Shown: one piece after another, positions 18,847 through 27,262 of the stretch
Position numbering within the stretch: the first letter of the stretch is position 1
How the letters are laid out: the number at the start of each line of letters is the position of its first letter
NCBI RefSeq assembly: GCF_000010625.1
Contig: NC_010296.1
Coordinates: 180,001 to 212,000, forward strand
Direction of reading: 5' to 3'
DNA: 32,000 bases
Source: Microcystis aeruginosa NIES-843
GTDB taxonomy: Bacteria > Cyanobacteriota > Cyanobacteriia > Cyanobacteriales > Microcystaceae
Notes under the pieces: model-generated
Told to the model about the DNA's origin: nothing
The model's database searches: none
The model's input: only the letters and a program-made list of their open reading frames with translations
Position numbers and translations under genes: made by a program

Positions 18847-18958
18847 TTTGAGATATGAATCTTCTTTTCTGGTATTTTTAAAACCTAGAGCCAAACTAAC
18901 TTTTGCATCTGATGCAAAGTTGGCATTCATACCTTGATTCAGCAACGCCCGTTTTTTT
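18836..18958 (+). repeat. 114-bp inverted-repeat element / large hairpin followed by a T7 run
   Basis: GGCGTTGCTGA (18836-18846) pairs perfectly with TCAGCAACGCC (18939-18949). The inner palindrome is aacttttgcatc/tgatgcaaagtt (18898-18921). cgTTTTTTT follows at 18950-18958. Confidence 0.5.
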
Positions 18959-19026
18959 GCACCAGAAACCGTCGAACGCTTGCAGAAAATAATCTGGGAA
19001 GATAAAAAAATCAAGGAGTCCGGGCC

Positions 19027-19920
19027 ATGAAAAGATCTTTATGTCAAAACTTATGTGTTCTTGCCGCCCTCCTCTTGGGTACAAGTTTACTGGTAACGGA
19101 TTATGTGGACGCTCGCGGTGGCGGTGGCGGCGGTAGTCGTGGCGGTGGCGGTGGTAGTCGTGGCGGTGGTGGAGCTTCCCCACGGGTTAACCGCAGTAGT
19201 GATCTGCAAAACCGAGGGAATTTTAGTAATCGTTCCCAACCCTCTAGAGATTTTTCTGGAAGACAGGGTGAACGGCAAACCGGTCAACAAAACCGTCAAG
19301 GGGAACGCACGGAAAGACAGGGTGAACGGCAAACCGGTCAACAAAACCGGCAGGGTGAACGCAGCGAAAGAACCGATACCCGTCAAGGGGAACGCAGCGA
19401 AAGACAGGGTGAACGGCAAACCGGTCAACAAAACCGGCAGGGTGAACGCAGCGAAAGAACCGATATCCGTCAAGGGGAACGCACCGAAAGACAGGGTGAA
19501 CGGCAGCAGCAGGTTAGCGATCGCCAACAGAACCGTCAGAACTTTATTGACGATAATCGCAACGGTTACTGGCGTGGTGGCGGTTGGTACGGTGGCGGTT
19601 ATTATGTCCCCCCGGGTTGGGGTTGGGTGGGGTTGACCACTGGCCTAGTCATCGGTTCAGCGATCGCTACTCTCCCCCCATACTACGATACTGTCTATAT
19701 GGGTTCTACTTCCTACATTTACTCGGACGGCATCTATCTTCAGCCTAGCGGTAGTTCCTACACGGTGGTGGCCCCGCCAATCGGCGCAATTGTCACCTAT
19801 ATCCCAGACGGCTGCACCACAATTACGGCTGACAATACGCTTTATTACAATTGCAGCGGTATTTACTATCGGCCTCTGTTTGAGAATGGTTCCACGGTTT
19901 ATCAGGTCGTTCGCTTCTAA
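19027..19920 (+). CDS. secreted low-complexity repeat protein (Gly/Arg tract, QGER-rich tandem repeats, Tyr/Gly-rich C-terminal domain, possibly DUF6515-like)
   Basis: ORF track, 297 aa, with a signal peptide. It has (GGGGGSR)n, then RQGERQTGQQNRQGER(S/T)ER... units encoded by one 54-nt and two 87-nt DNA repeats (about 19258-19500). The C-terminus has YY..G.YY-type motifs. The overlapping ORFs 19087..19527(-) and 19103..19636(+) are repeat artefacts. Confidence 0.7.
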   Translation: MKRSLCQNLCVLAALLLGTSLLVTDYVDARGGGGGGSRGGGGGSRGGGGASPRVNRSSDLQNRGNFSNRSQPSRDFSGRQGERQTGQQNRQGERTERQGERQTGQQNRQGERSERTDTRQGERSERQGERQTGQQNRQGERSERTDIRQGERTERQGERQQQVSDRQQNRQNFIDDNRNGYWRGGGWYGGGYYVPPGWGWVGLTTGLVIGSAIATLPPYYDTVYMGSTSYIYSDGIYLQPSGSSYTVVAPPIGAIVTYIPDGCTTITADNTLYYNCSGIYYRPLFENGSTVYQVVRF

Positions 19921-22900
19921 TCGGTTTCTTCTTCATCAATAATTGCCGATCGATCTAATAATAATAAATCTCGCAGGCGATCGGTATCTAATTCTGTTAA
20001 CCAATTTTCCCCAGCATCTACGGTTTGTTCCGCTAATTGTTTCTTGCTTTCGATCATCTCATTAATGCGTTCCTCTAGGGTTCCCGTACAGATGAATTTA
20101 TGTACCTGAACATTGCGTTTTTGTCCGATGCGGAAAGCGCGATCGGTGGCCTGATTCTCTACGGCCGGATTCCACCAACGATCGATATGAAAAACGTGAT
20201 TAGCGCGGGTTAAATTTAATCCTGTTCCCCCCGCTTTCAGGGAGAGAATAAAAATCTTTGGTCCTTGGGGATCATTTTGAAAGCGCTCGATCATTTCTAC
20301 CCGATCTTTTGCTTTGGTAGAACCGGAGAGAAATAATATTTCCTCGGCTAATTTTTTCTGGAGATGGGTTTGTAGGAGTTTTCCCCACTCGGCAAATTGT
20401 GTAAAAATTAAAGCTCGATCGCCTTCTGCTATCACTTCCTCTACCATAGCTTCTAAACGTAATAATTTTCCCGATCTTTGACTGGTTTCTAAACTATTTT
20501 CTTTCAAAAAATGGGCGGGATGATTACAAATTTGTTTTAGTTGCATTAGCAAGGTTAAAATTAATCCATGTTTCTGAATTCCTTGAATTTCTTCAATTTT
20601 CTGGAGCGTTGTCTCGACTAATTGTTGATAAAGTTGTCCCTGTTCTTTCGATAAACCACAAAAAATATTCATTTCCTGTTTTTCTGGTAAATCTTCAATA
20701 ATATTTTTATCGGTTTTTAATCTCCGTAAAATAAAGGGACGGACAAGGGAACGCAAATTATGCAGGGATTCTTGATCGCCGTATTTTTCAATGGGAAGGG
20801 CAAAACGACGCTGGAAAAATGTTTGAGTTCCTAAAAAATTGGGATTGAGAAAATCCAAAATTGACCACAATTCTGTCAGGCGATTTTCTACGGGAGTTCC
20901 CGTTAAGGCAATCCGAAATCCTGCGGGTATTTTTCGCACTGCTTGGGATTGTTTAGCCGTAGAGTTTTTAATATTTTGAGCCTCATCTAAAACTAAACCT
21001 TGCCATTGTACTGCTTCCAAAGTGGACAGATCGCGATAGATTAAAGGATAACTGGTAATAACAACCGATTTATTTTTTACCTCTTGAGCAAAAGCTTGAC
21101 CTTTTAATCTTTTTTCGCCATGATGCACAAAAACAGCCAGGGTGGGAGCGAATTTTCTTAATTCATGTTCCCAGTTATTGACCACAGAAGTGGGAGCCAC
21201 CACTAACACGGGATTAACTAACATATCCTGTTCTTTTAATGCTAGTAAAAAAGCGATTAATTGCGGGGTTTTTCCTAAACCCATATCATCGGCTAAACAA
21301 GCACCTAAACCCCACTTTTCTAGGAAAGCTAACCAACTAACTCCCTTGATTTGATAGGGACGTAATTCCCCCCGAAATTCCCGCGGTGGGTTGATTAATT
21401 GAATCCCTTGATTGTTATTTAAATTATCAATTAATTCCTTTAATGCTCCCTCCGCTTGGAAATTAACTACCGGCAGTTTAGCAATTAGATTATTATCTCC
21501 TGAACTCAAGCGCAGGGCATCCTCCACCGAGAGATTAAGGGGAGCGATGGTATTATTTAAAATTGCCTGAGCTGCTTTGACATCCGTAGGTTGTAGGATT
21601 AACCATTTGCCTCCCACTTCCACCACTGGCGATTTTTTCTCTAATAACTTATCAAAATCTTTTTTCGATATTTCCTGTTCCCCTACCACTAATTTAAGCT
21701 GAAAGTTTAACAAACTGGTTAAACTTAATCTTTCTCCTTTTTTGGGAGTTACACTGGCAGCAATCTTAATTCCTAATCTTTGTTCATTACTACCAGCAGT
21801 TAAACCCGTTGGCAAAATTACCCCTAATCCCTGATCTTGCAATTGCCAAGCGATCGAGCGAATAAACTGATAAACTTCGAGCGAATCAAGAGAACATTCC
21901 TCCGGGTGTCTTTGCTCTAAACTAATTCTAATTGGTTCGTACAATCGCGCCGCTAATCCCAATCCTTTTAAGAGAATTTCCTGAGGATTATTGACAACTC
22001 TTTGATAACTATGATAACTTTCTTTGCCCTCTAACCAAATCAACTTGGCACTAATGAGAAATTCGGGAGCATCTAACGCTTGTAAATAATAGGTGAGTTT
22101 CCACACTGTCCCTAGACTGGGAGGTTGTAAAGATAAACAGACACGGTATTGATTCTCGATTAATTGGCGATTATTGCCATTAACCAAACTTTCTTGGATA
22201 GGAAACACCCAGTTATGATAAGCATTTTCTAGACGCTGTAAATTCTTGGCTTCTAAGGCAATCTCATGATGATCACCGCTTAAAGATTGTAGCCAGGGTT
22301 TTACCATCAATGACGGCGAAATATTAACACTACTATCTATCTTTTGTCGCAAACGAGCATCGACAATATTTTTTAAGCAATCGAGAATAATTGTTTGTGG
22401 TTCGCTATTTTCTTGATAGGCAAGACAGACCGGGGGGATGGTTTGGATAAACTTAGCTAAACGAGTGCGATCGATGGTACTATCTAGCAGGGGATACCAG
22501 CAACTTTCACCCTGATTTATTCCCGCTAAAAACTTTCCCCTTGCTAATAAATCTAAACTCCAACGGTGCAAATACAGCCAAAATCGTAGATCATTGCCGA
22601 TAAATTCGGCCTTAGCTAGGGGTAATTTCTCCCATAACCGCACTATCATCCCCGCAGAAAAAGTTAATCCCGATACCTGCCATGGTTGCCAAGACAAGGA
22701 TTTAGCTGTGGGTTCGAGAATTTGCCCAGACAGCAGCGGTAAAAAATATTTTTTCCTAGGGGGGGAATAGCTCGGCAAACTGAGCTTGATTGATTCTGGA
22801 GAATAGCGGTCAAGCTGAGGAGAAAATTTCTCGATAAATTGGGCTAATGCCCCAGATTCTAGACAAAAAGGATGATTTTCTTGGGTTTCACTTAATTCTT

Positions 22901-22979
22901 TCCCTTGCCACTGTTCACCCCAAAGAAAAAAAACACTATCCTGCGAACGAATCAGCCAATTACCGTGTAGAGTAGTCAT
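19917..22979 (-). CDS. SNF2-family DEAD/H helicase with long N-terminal SNF2-associated domain
   Basis: ORF track, 1020 aa. Helicase motifs are LADDMGLGKT (I), LVLDEAQNIKN (II) and ALTGTPVEN (III). The C-terminal lobe has LIFTQF, SLKAGGTGLNLT and DRWWNPAVENQATDRAFRIGQ. Confidence 0.9.
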   Translation of the reverse strand: MTTLHGNWLIRSQDSVFFLWGEQWQGKELSETQENHPFCLESGALAQFIEKFSPQLDRYSPESIKLSLPSYSPPRKKYFLPLLSGQILEPTAKSLSWQPWQVSGLTFSAGMIVRLWEKLPLAKAEFIGNDLRFWLYLHRWSLDLLARGKFLAGINQGESCWYPLLDSTIDRTRLAKFIQTIPPVCLAYQENSEPQTIILDCLKNIVDARLRQKIDSSVNISPSLMVKPWLQSLSGDHHEIALEAKNLQRLENAYHNWVFPIQESLVNGNNRQLIENQYRVCLSLQPPSLGTVWKLTYYLQALDAPEFLISAKLIWLEGKESYHSYQRVVNNPQEILLKGLGLAARLYEPIRISLEQRHPEECSLDSLEVYQFIRSIAWQLQDQGLGVILPTGLTAGSNEQRLGIKIAASVTPKKGERLSLTSLLNFQLKLVVGEQEISKKDFDKLLEKKSPVVEVGGKWLILQPTDVKAAQAILNNTIAPLNLSVEDALRLSSGDNNLIAKLPVVNFQAEGALKELIDNLNNNQGIQLINPPREFRGELRPYQIKGVSWLAFLEKWGLGACLADDMGLGKTPQLIAFLLALKEQDMLVNPVLVVAPTSVVNNWEHELRKFAPTLAVFVHHGEKRLKGQAFAQEVKNKSVVITSYPLIYRDLSTLEAVQWQGLVLDEAQNIKNSTAKQSQAVRKIPAGFRIALTGTPVENRLTELWSILDFLNPNFLGTQTFFQRRFALPIEKYGDQESLHNLRSLVRPFILRRLKTDKNIIEDLPEKQEMNIFCGLSKEQGQLYQQLVETTLQKIEEIQGIQKHGLILTLLMQLKQICNHPAHFLKENSLETSQRSGKLLRLEAMVEEVIAEGDRALIFTQFAEWGKLLQTHLQKKLAEEILFLSGSTKAKDRVEMIERFQNDPQGPKIFILSLKAGGTGLNLTRANHVFHIDRWWNPAVENQATDRAFRIGQKRNVQVHKFICTGTLEERINEMIESKKQLAEQTVDAGENWLTELDTDRLRDLLLLDRSAIIDEEETD

Positions 22980-23180
22980 TATAAAATAGGGAAATTTCTC
23001 TAAAAAACCTGCTGTTGAAAAGGTAACAAATCTCGATTTTGTCGCTTCTTCTGACGTTAAGAGCCTCTAATCTTCTATTTTAGTGGACAAGGGCTGATTT
23101 CTCAAGCAGAATCTAGTTAAGCGATTAGCCCCGATCGAATGGTTATTATCAGTAATAATAAATAGATTTATTTTTAAACT

Positions 23181-23969
23181 ATGTACAAATCGATCGCCCT
23201 CACCCTCGTCCTCAGTCTTCCCCTGAACTTCTCCCTAGTTGGTTATGGGGAAGATTTAAACCATCTACAGCAATTATTATCCACCCGAAAATGTCCCCAA
23301 TGCGATCTGAGCGGTTCGGGGTTAGTGCAATCGAATCTAGTCGGGGCAAAATTAAATGGGGCCAATCTCGTCGGGGCCAATCTTAGTCAAGCTAATTTAA
23401 GTGGGGCGGATCTGAGTGGCGCAAATTTAACTGGAGCCTCTCTTTTTGGTGCTAATCTGACTGGAGCGAACTTAACCGGGGCAATCTTGACGGGTGCGGA
23501 TTTAAGAGGCACTTATCTCAATAATGCTAACCTCGACAACACCAAACTAGACACTGCCTATGTACAGGGTGCGGTGGGAATTCCCAGTAGTGCCGGTACT
23601 CCTGAACTATTCTATGGTCTAGGAATGGTGGAAGGAAAACAGGGACGCACCAGCGCCGCTATAGAAAATTTTAATAAGGCCTTGACAATTAACTCAGAAT
23701 ATGCTCCAGCTTATCTGGCCCGGGCTATGGCTCACTATCGTCTGGGACAAAATGCTCTAGCGGCCCAGGACGCTCAAATGGCTTCGACTCTCTTTGAACG
23801 ACAAGGTAATACCCCCGGTTACGAAGCGGCAGAGAATTTTATTAAAGGCATGGAAATCGCCCTAAAACCGCGAGAACAAGGTGGTGGCAACGCTCAATTA
23901 GACCAAATGGTGCAGGGGATTGGTTCTCTGCTCTTACAGTTTGTTTTACCCGCTTTGGGACTGTTTTAA
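23181..23969 (+). CDS. pentapeptide-repeat protein with C-terminal TPR-like segment
   Basis: ORF track, 262 aa, with a signal-like N-terminus. It has a long run of ANLxG pentapeptides ([51 protein letters not shown]), then [31 protein letters not shown]. Confidence 0.75.
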   Translation: MYKSIALTLVLSLPLNFSLVGYGEDLNHLQQLLSTRKCPQCDLSGSGLVQSNLVGAKLNGANLVGANLSQANLSGADLSGANLTGASLFGANLTGANLTGAILTGADLRGTYLNNANLDNTKLDTAYVQGAVGIPSSAGTPELFYGLGMVEGKQGRTSAAIENFNKALTINSEYAPAYLARAMAHYRLGQNALAAQDAQMASTLFERQGNTPGYEAAENFIKGMEIALKPREQGGGNAQLDQMVQGIGSLLLQFVLPALGLF

Positions 23970-24337
23970 TCCTCGTCCGCTGGTTCTTCTAAATGTTCCG
24001 AGACCGCGTAATAAAGGTCAAGAACATGATGATCGGCAAGACGATAAAAGACTCTCCGTCCCTGTTTTTGGTATTTAACTAATCTTAAGGCTCTTAGGGT
24101 TCTTAACTGGTGCGATACGGCCGATTCACTCATCCCTAAGTCGTCGGCTAAGTCACAAACACATAATTCTTGTTTGGCTAAAAGCGACAGAATTCTGAGG
24201 CGGTTGGCATCCCCCAAAAGGCTGAAAAATTCGGCCATTTTTTGGGCTTTTTCTAGTTCTAATCCCTGCAAGTTCTGGAATTTCCCCTCTTGGTGATGGG
24301 ATTCCCCACAAACCGGTGCTATTTTCTCTATGGCCAT
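23966..24337 (-). CDS. smtB: ArsR/SmtB-family metal-sensing repressor
   Basis: The ORF track gives 23966..24445. I prefer the ATG at 24337, giving 123 aa, close to the 122-aa SmtB. The winged [68 protein letters not shown] is colinear with Synechococcus SmtB as recalled. It lies directly downstream of a metallothionein gene. Confidence 0.8.
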   Translation of the reverse strand: MAIEKIAPVCGESHHQEGKFQNLQGLELEKAQKMAEFFSLLGDANRLRILSLLAKQELCVCDLADDLGMSESAVSHQLRTLRALRLVKYQKQGRRVFYRLADHHVLDLYYAVSEHLEEPADED

Positions 24338-24435
24338 ATTTTTTCCTGATCGGTTATTAAGGGAAAGTTGAGAAAGGGAGGTATCGATCAAATCTTCCAT
24401 GCCGATACTTGTCCCCTTCTCCCCAATAACTAAAT

Positions 24436-24606
24436 TTAAACGCAACCACAGCCCTGGTGTCCACAGCCTTTCTCGTTCTCGTTAACGTGACCATTGGCAC
24501 AAGCTTGGGAACAGTAGTATTGATCGTTTTCTTTGATGGCATCGGCGATCGATACTACACACAAACAGGATTTACAAGCACATTTCATCATGGTGACAGC
24601 GATCAT
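24436..24606 (-). CDS. smtA: bacterial metallothionein (SmtA/BmtA family), 56 aa
   Basis: Not in the ORF track because it is under 60 aa. My own translation is [56 protein letters not shown]. The Cys/His pattern and length match Synechococcus SmtA (..KCACEPCLC...YYCSEACADGH...GCGHTGCNC..). A GAGGT ribosome-binding site sits 8-12 nt upstream. Confidence 0.85.
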   Translation of the reverse strand: MIAVTMMKCACKSCLCVVSIADAIKENDQYYCSQACANGHVNENEKGCGHQGCGCV

Positions 24607-24638
24607 GGTTACTACCTCTGAACTTCTTTACTGACTTT

Positions 24639-24663
24639 AGTATAACATCTGAACAGATGTTCA
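24639..24663 (-). promoter_or_regulatory. candidate SmtB operator overlapping a TATACT -10-like box
   Basis: TGAACA-GA-TGTTCA is a perfect 6-2-6 dyad at 24650-24663. It overlaps the perfect 8-2-8 dyad AACATCTG-AA-CAGATGTT at 24644-24661. On the minus strand a TATACT box (24644-24639) immediately follows, about 35 nt upstream of smtA. As I recall, the smt operator of Synechococcus contains TGAACA-GT-TATTCA. Confidence 0.6.
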
Positions 24664-24751
24664 TGGATTGAATAAAGTTAAATTTTTCTAAAACTCAGAC
24701 GGGTGGGAAGTTCTCCTTGATCAGTGATCAGATTTGAGTTTTCAGTTTGCA

Positions 24752-24846
24752 TATAGAGCTTTTCACGTTACTGAGGTATCGACAAGTTTTGCCAACAAAG
24801 AGTTTAAGCCCCTTGCCCATGCCTCATTCTGATGAAAACTGCTATA
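24752..24846. mobile_element. ~95-bp MITE-like element, copy 2
   Basis: It is near-identical to 7445-7540 (TATAGAGCTTTTCAC...GAAAACTGCTATA) and is preceded by the same tgatcagat(t/g)tgagttttcagttt motif seen at 2205-2228. Confidence 0.65.
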
Positions 24847-24919
24847 TATAGTCTAAGGTAGAAAAAAGTTAAATACTGACTAAACCGCCCAATCATAACA
24901 ACTTAGGCGACAAATTCTG

Positions 24920-25564
24920 ATGTTATTAGCATTAAAACAACTAACTGTTACCCCAGGCGACCGCCTGTTGTTAACTTCACTCACTTGGCAAGATTATGAA
25001 AAAATTCTTGACGAATTGGGAGAGCGACGGTCAATTCGTCTATCTTATAGTCAGGGAACTTTAGAAGCAATGACTCCTCTTTTTATTGATGAAAACACCA
25101 AAGTTTTAATCGGGGATTTGGTTAAAGTTCTCCTGGATGAATTAGAGTTAGACTATGAACCCGCTGGATCGACAACCTTTAAAAATCAGCAAATGGATCA
25201 AGGAATAGAACCAGATGAGTCTTTTTATATCGAAAATTGTGCTGCTGTTAGGGGAAAAAAGCGACTTGATCTGGCTATTGATCCCCCTCCCGATTTAGCA
25301 ATTGAAATTGATATTACTAAGCGAACCCGATTTAATAATTATGAGCGATTGGGTGTTCCTGAATTGTGGCGATATAATGGAGAGAGACTGGAAATCAATG
25401 TTTTGCAAGGATCGGAATATGTTGAATCTTCCCAAAGCCGACTATTTTCTCAATTTAATCTAATAGAAAAAATTCCAGAAACGCTACAAAATAGTCAAAA
25501 AATAGGTAGTGCAATGGCATTAAAACAATTCCGAATTTGGGTCAAGCAAACGCTTAATCCCTGA
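24920..25564 (+). CDS. Uma2-family (DUF820) PD-(D/E)xK endonuclease
   Basis: ORF track, 214 aa. It has LTWQDYEKILDELGERRSIRLSYSQGTLEAMTP, EPDESFYI and PPDLAIEIDIT, typical of Uma2 proteins that are abundant in cyanobacteria. Confidence 0.75.
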   Translation: MLLALKQLTVTPGDRLLLTSLTWQDYEKILDELGERRSIRLSYSQGTLEAMTPLFIDENTKVLIGDLVKVLLDELELDYEPAGSTTFKNQQMDQGIEPDESFYIENCAAVRGKKRLDLAIDPPPDLAIEIDITKRTRFNNYERLGVPELWRYNGERLEINVLQGSEYVESSQSRLFSQFNLIEKIPETLQNSQKIGSAMALKQFRIWVKQTLNP

Positions 25565-25596
25565 CTTTAAATGGACAACGAAGTCAGGGAACTTTT
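25559..25596 (+). terminator. 9-bp-stem hairpin CCCTGACTT...AAGTCAGGG followed by aacTTTTg; shared by the convergent Uma2 and PEP-CTERM genes
   Basis: Read directly. The stem begins inside the last Uma2 codons. An almost identical hairpin is at 27120-27150. Confidence 0.5.
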
Positions 25597-25615
25597 GCCG
25601 ATGATAATTTAGGGG

Positions 25616-26403
25616 TTACAGTTTTCGCTTTAAAGCCGCACCTATTCCTAATACTCCTAAACTCAGTATTCCTAGAATTGATGAGGGTTCGGGGATAGAA
25701 GTGACAGGAGGTGGGGGAGTAATTTCTAATTGTAGTGTTGGTGGAGCAAATTGAGTAGCTTCCTTACCAGCAAAATTTTGGGTAGAAACGTTAAAATTAT
25801 CGCGCGTGATGATTAGCGTTGCTAGATTGTTCGTATCATTCTGTAAAAAGCTGACTAATTTAGGATCGGAAAAACTAATTATCGTACCAAATGGTGTACT
25901 TGTAGGATTAAAAGAGAATAATCCTAGAAAAGTGGTTTGGCTGGAATCAATCGTGTTACCTCCCCCGTTAGCAGGTGCATTATTCCAAGTAATTGTGGAT
26001 TCGTTCCAGTTCTCTCCAGCATTTCCATCATTTAACCCATAGACACTGTAGCTAGACAGTGGAGGAGTAGAGTTATTATCAACATAAGTCCAATTGAAAA
26101 TAGCGTTACTAATGTTTGATTTATTGATGGAGTTTAGATCGAATCTTAGGTATCCTTTCCTTATGACAGTAGAATCACCCTTAATTGCAACTGTTGGATC
26201 TACTGCATTGAAATTTGTATCAGGATTAATATTAACAACAAAAGTATCTGCACCATTGCCAAAAGCTGTTGTACGATTAACAGTTGCTGCTTGAACAGGT
26301 GCTATAACAAAGGTACTAACAGCTAAAACAGAAGATGTAATCGCTATCTTGGATAAGCAATTCTTACCCCCCCCGCAAAATTAATCAGTTTTGCTAATGT
26401 CAT
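25616..26403 (-). pseudogene. PEP-CTERM protein with DNRLRE-like carbohydrate-binding-type domain, out of frame at a G8 tract
   Basis: A 245-codon minus-strand frame runs without a stop and contains no ATG, GTG or TTG, which is why the ORF track misses it. It reads KNCLSKIAITSSVLAVSTFVIAPVQAATVNRTTAFGNGADTFVV...RKGYLRFDL...ITWNNAP...IPEPSSILGILSLGVLGIGAALKRKL. The only plausible ATG (26403) is in the +1 frame and joins the long frame only if the C8/G8 run at 26367-26374 gains one base. Confidence 0.6.
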
Positions 26404-26549
26404 AATTGAAAAGCCTCTGGAGAATTAGATTTGAGTGATTGTTTAGTTGTATAGTAGTATAGTAATGAAGCTTTCTGGATTGCTCAGGGGAAATTTAAGG
26501 AAATCTTTGGGATCGCTTTAGGAAAGTTAATCATTGGATAAAATCAATG

Positions 26550-26897
26550 CTAGGGAATATTTAAGGATTTTTTGAGGGCAGTTTGAACTTGGTTTAGGAT
26601 GTCTGAGGGTAAAATGCCTAGTTTCTGTTGAAAAACGGACTGGTTGACCGTCGCAATCTTGTCAGTTCTGATTACAGAGGTCTTTTTTAAGCCTGTTTGT
26701 GAGAAGTTGGGATGTCCTTCCCTAACCAGTATCCAAGTTTCCCACCACTCTCCAGGGGGGATTTTGGAGAAGATTCCCAGGATGATTTGTTCTTCTCGAT
26801 GTACAGCTAAAACTAGCGCGGGTCTGAGTTTTGTGGTGCTAAGGTCGCTGAAGGGAAAGCGAACTAACCAAATTTCGGCAGCTTTAGGGTTGGACAT
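26550..26897 (-). CDS. PemK/MazF-family type II toxin (endoribonuclease)
   Basis: ORF track, 115 aa. EIWLVRFPFSDLSTTKLRPALVLA and TSVIRTDKIATV fit the MazF/PemK SH3-like fold signature. Confidence 0.75.
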   Translation of the reverse strand: MSNPKAAEIWLVRFPFSDLSTTKLRPALVLAVHREEQIILGIFSKIPPGEWWETWILVREGHPNFSQTGLKKTSVIRTDKIATVNQSVFQQKLGILPSDILNQVQTALKKSLNIP

Positions 26898-27069
26898 TGT
26901 AAATATCTTCCTCTGGGTCGTTCCATTCTGGAAAGCCTGTTTCTGCTAGTTTCATGAGGGTGAGGGTTTCTAGCTTGTCTTCGAGGTCTTCTAAGAGAGA
27001 AATTTGTTCTGAGAGGGGAAGTTGATAGACTAGGGTTTTGATTTCTTCAAGGGTTAGGGTGGAAATCAT
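26884..27069 (-). CDS. putative cognate antitoxin (61 aa, acidic C-terminus), family not recognised
   Basis: ORF track. It overlaps the toxin start by 14 nt, is small and acidic (LEDLEDKLE...WNDPEEDIY) and lies upstream of the toxin. Confidence 0.55.
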   Translation of the reverse strand: MISTLTLEEIKTLVYQLPLSEQISLLEDLEDKLETLTLMKLAETGFPEWNDPEEDIYNVQP

Positions 27070-27101
27070 AAGACTCTGGGGTTGTCGAGATATACATTTA
27101 T

Positions 27102-27262
27102 GTCAAGCAAACGCTTAATCCCTGACTTTAAATGTACAAGGAAGTCAGGGAACTTTTGCCGATGATAATTTAGGGGTTATAGTTTTCGGTTTAAGGCTGC
27201 ACCTATTCCTAATACTCCTAAACTCAGTAACCCTAGAATTGATAAAGGTTCGGGAACTGATC
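27102..27262. repeat. direct repeat of 25541-25700 (last 8 codons of a Uma2 gene, hairpin, PEP-CTERM 3' end)
   Basis: gtcaagcaaacgcttaatccctgactttaaatg.acaa.gaagtcagggaacttttgccgatgataatttaggggtta.agttttcg.tttaa.gc.gcacctattcctaatactcctaaactcagta..cctagaattgat is shared by eye with few mismatches. Confidence 0.8.

Noticed and set aside
19087-19636. ORFs 19087..19527(-) and 19103..19636(+) overlapping the repeat-protein gene
   Set aside because: They are open only because the tandem DNA repeats lack stops in several frames. The frame beginning at 19027 has the signal peptide and a non-repetitive C-terminal domain.
24357-24542. ORF-track 61-aa minus-strand ORF, plus the N-terminal extension of the 159-aa ArsR ORF (24338-24445)
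   Set aside because: The 61-aa ORF is a wrong frame across the smtA 3' end and spacer. The extension ([36 protein letters not shown]) precedes the Met that aligns with the SmtB start and overlaps the smtA stop region.
25806-26294. Plus-strand ORFs 25806..26042 and 26094..26294
   Set aside because: They are antisense to the long start-less PEP-CTERM frame, which has a signal peptide, a recognisable domain and a PEP-CTERM anchor.
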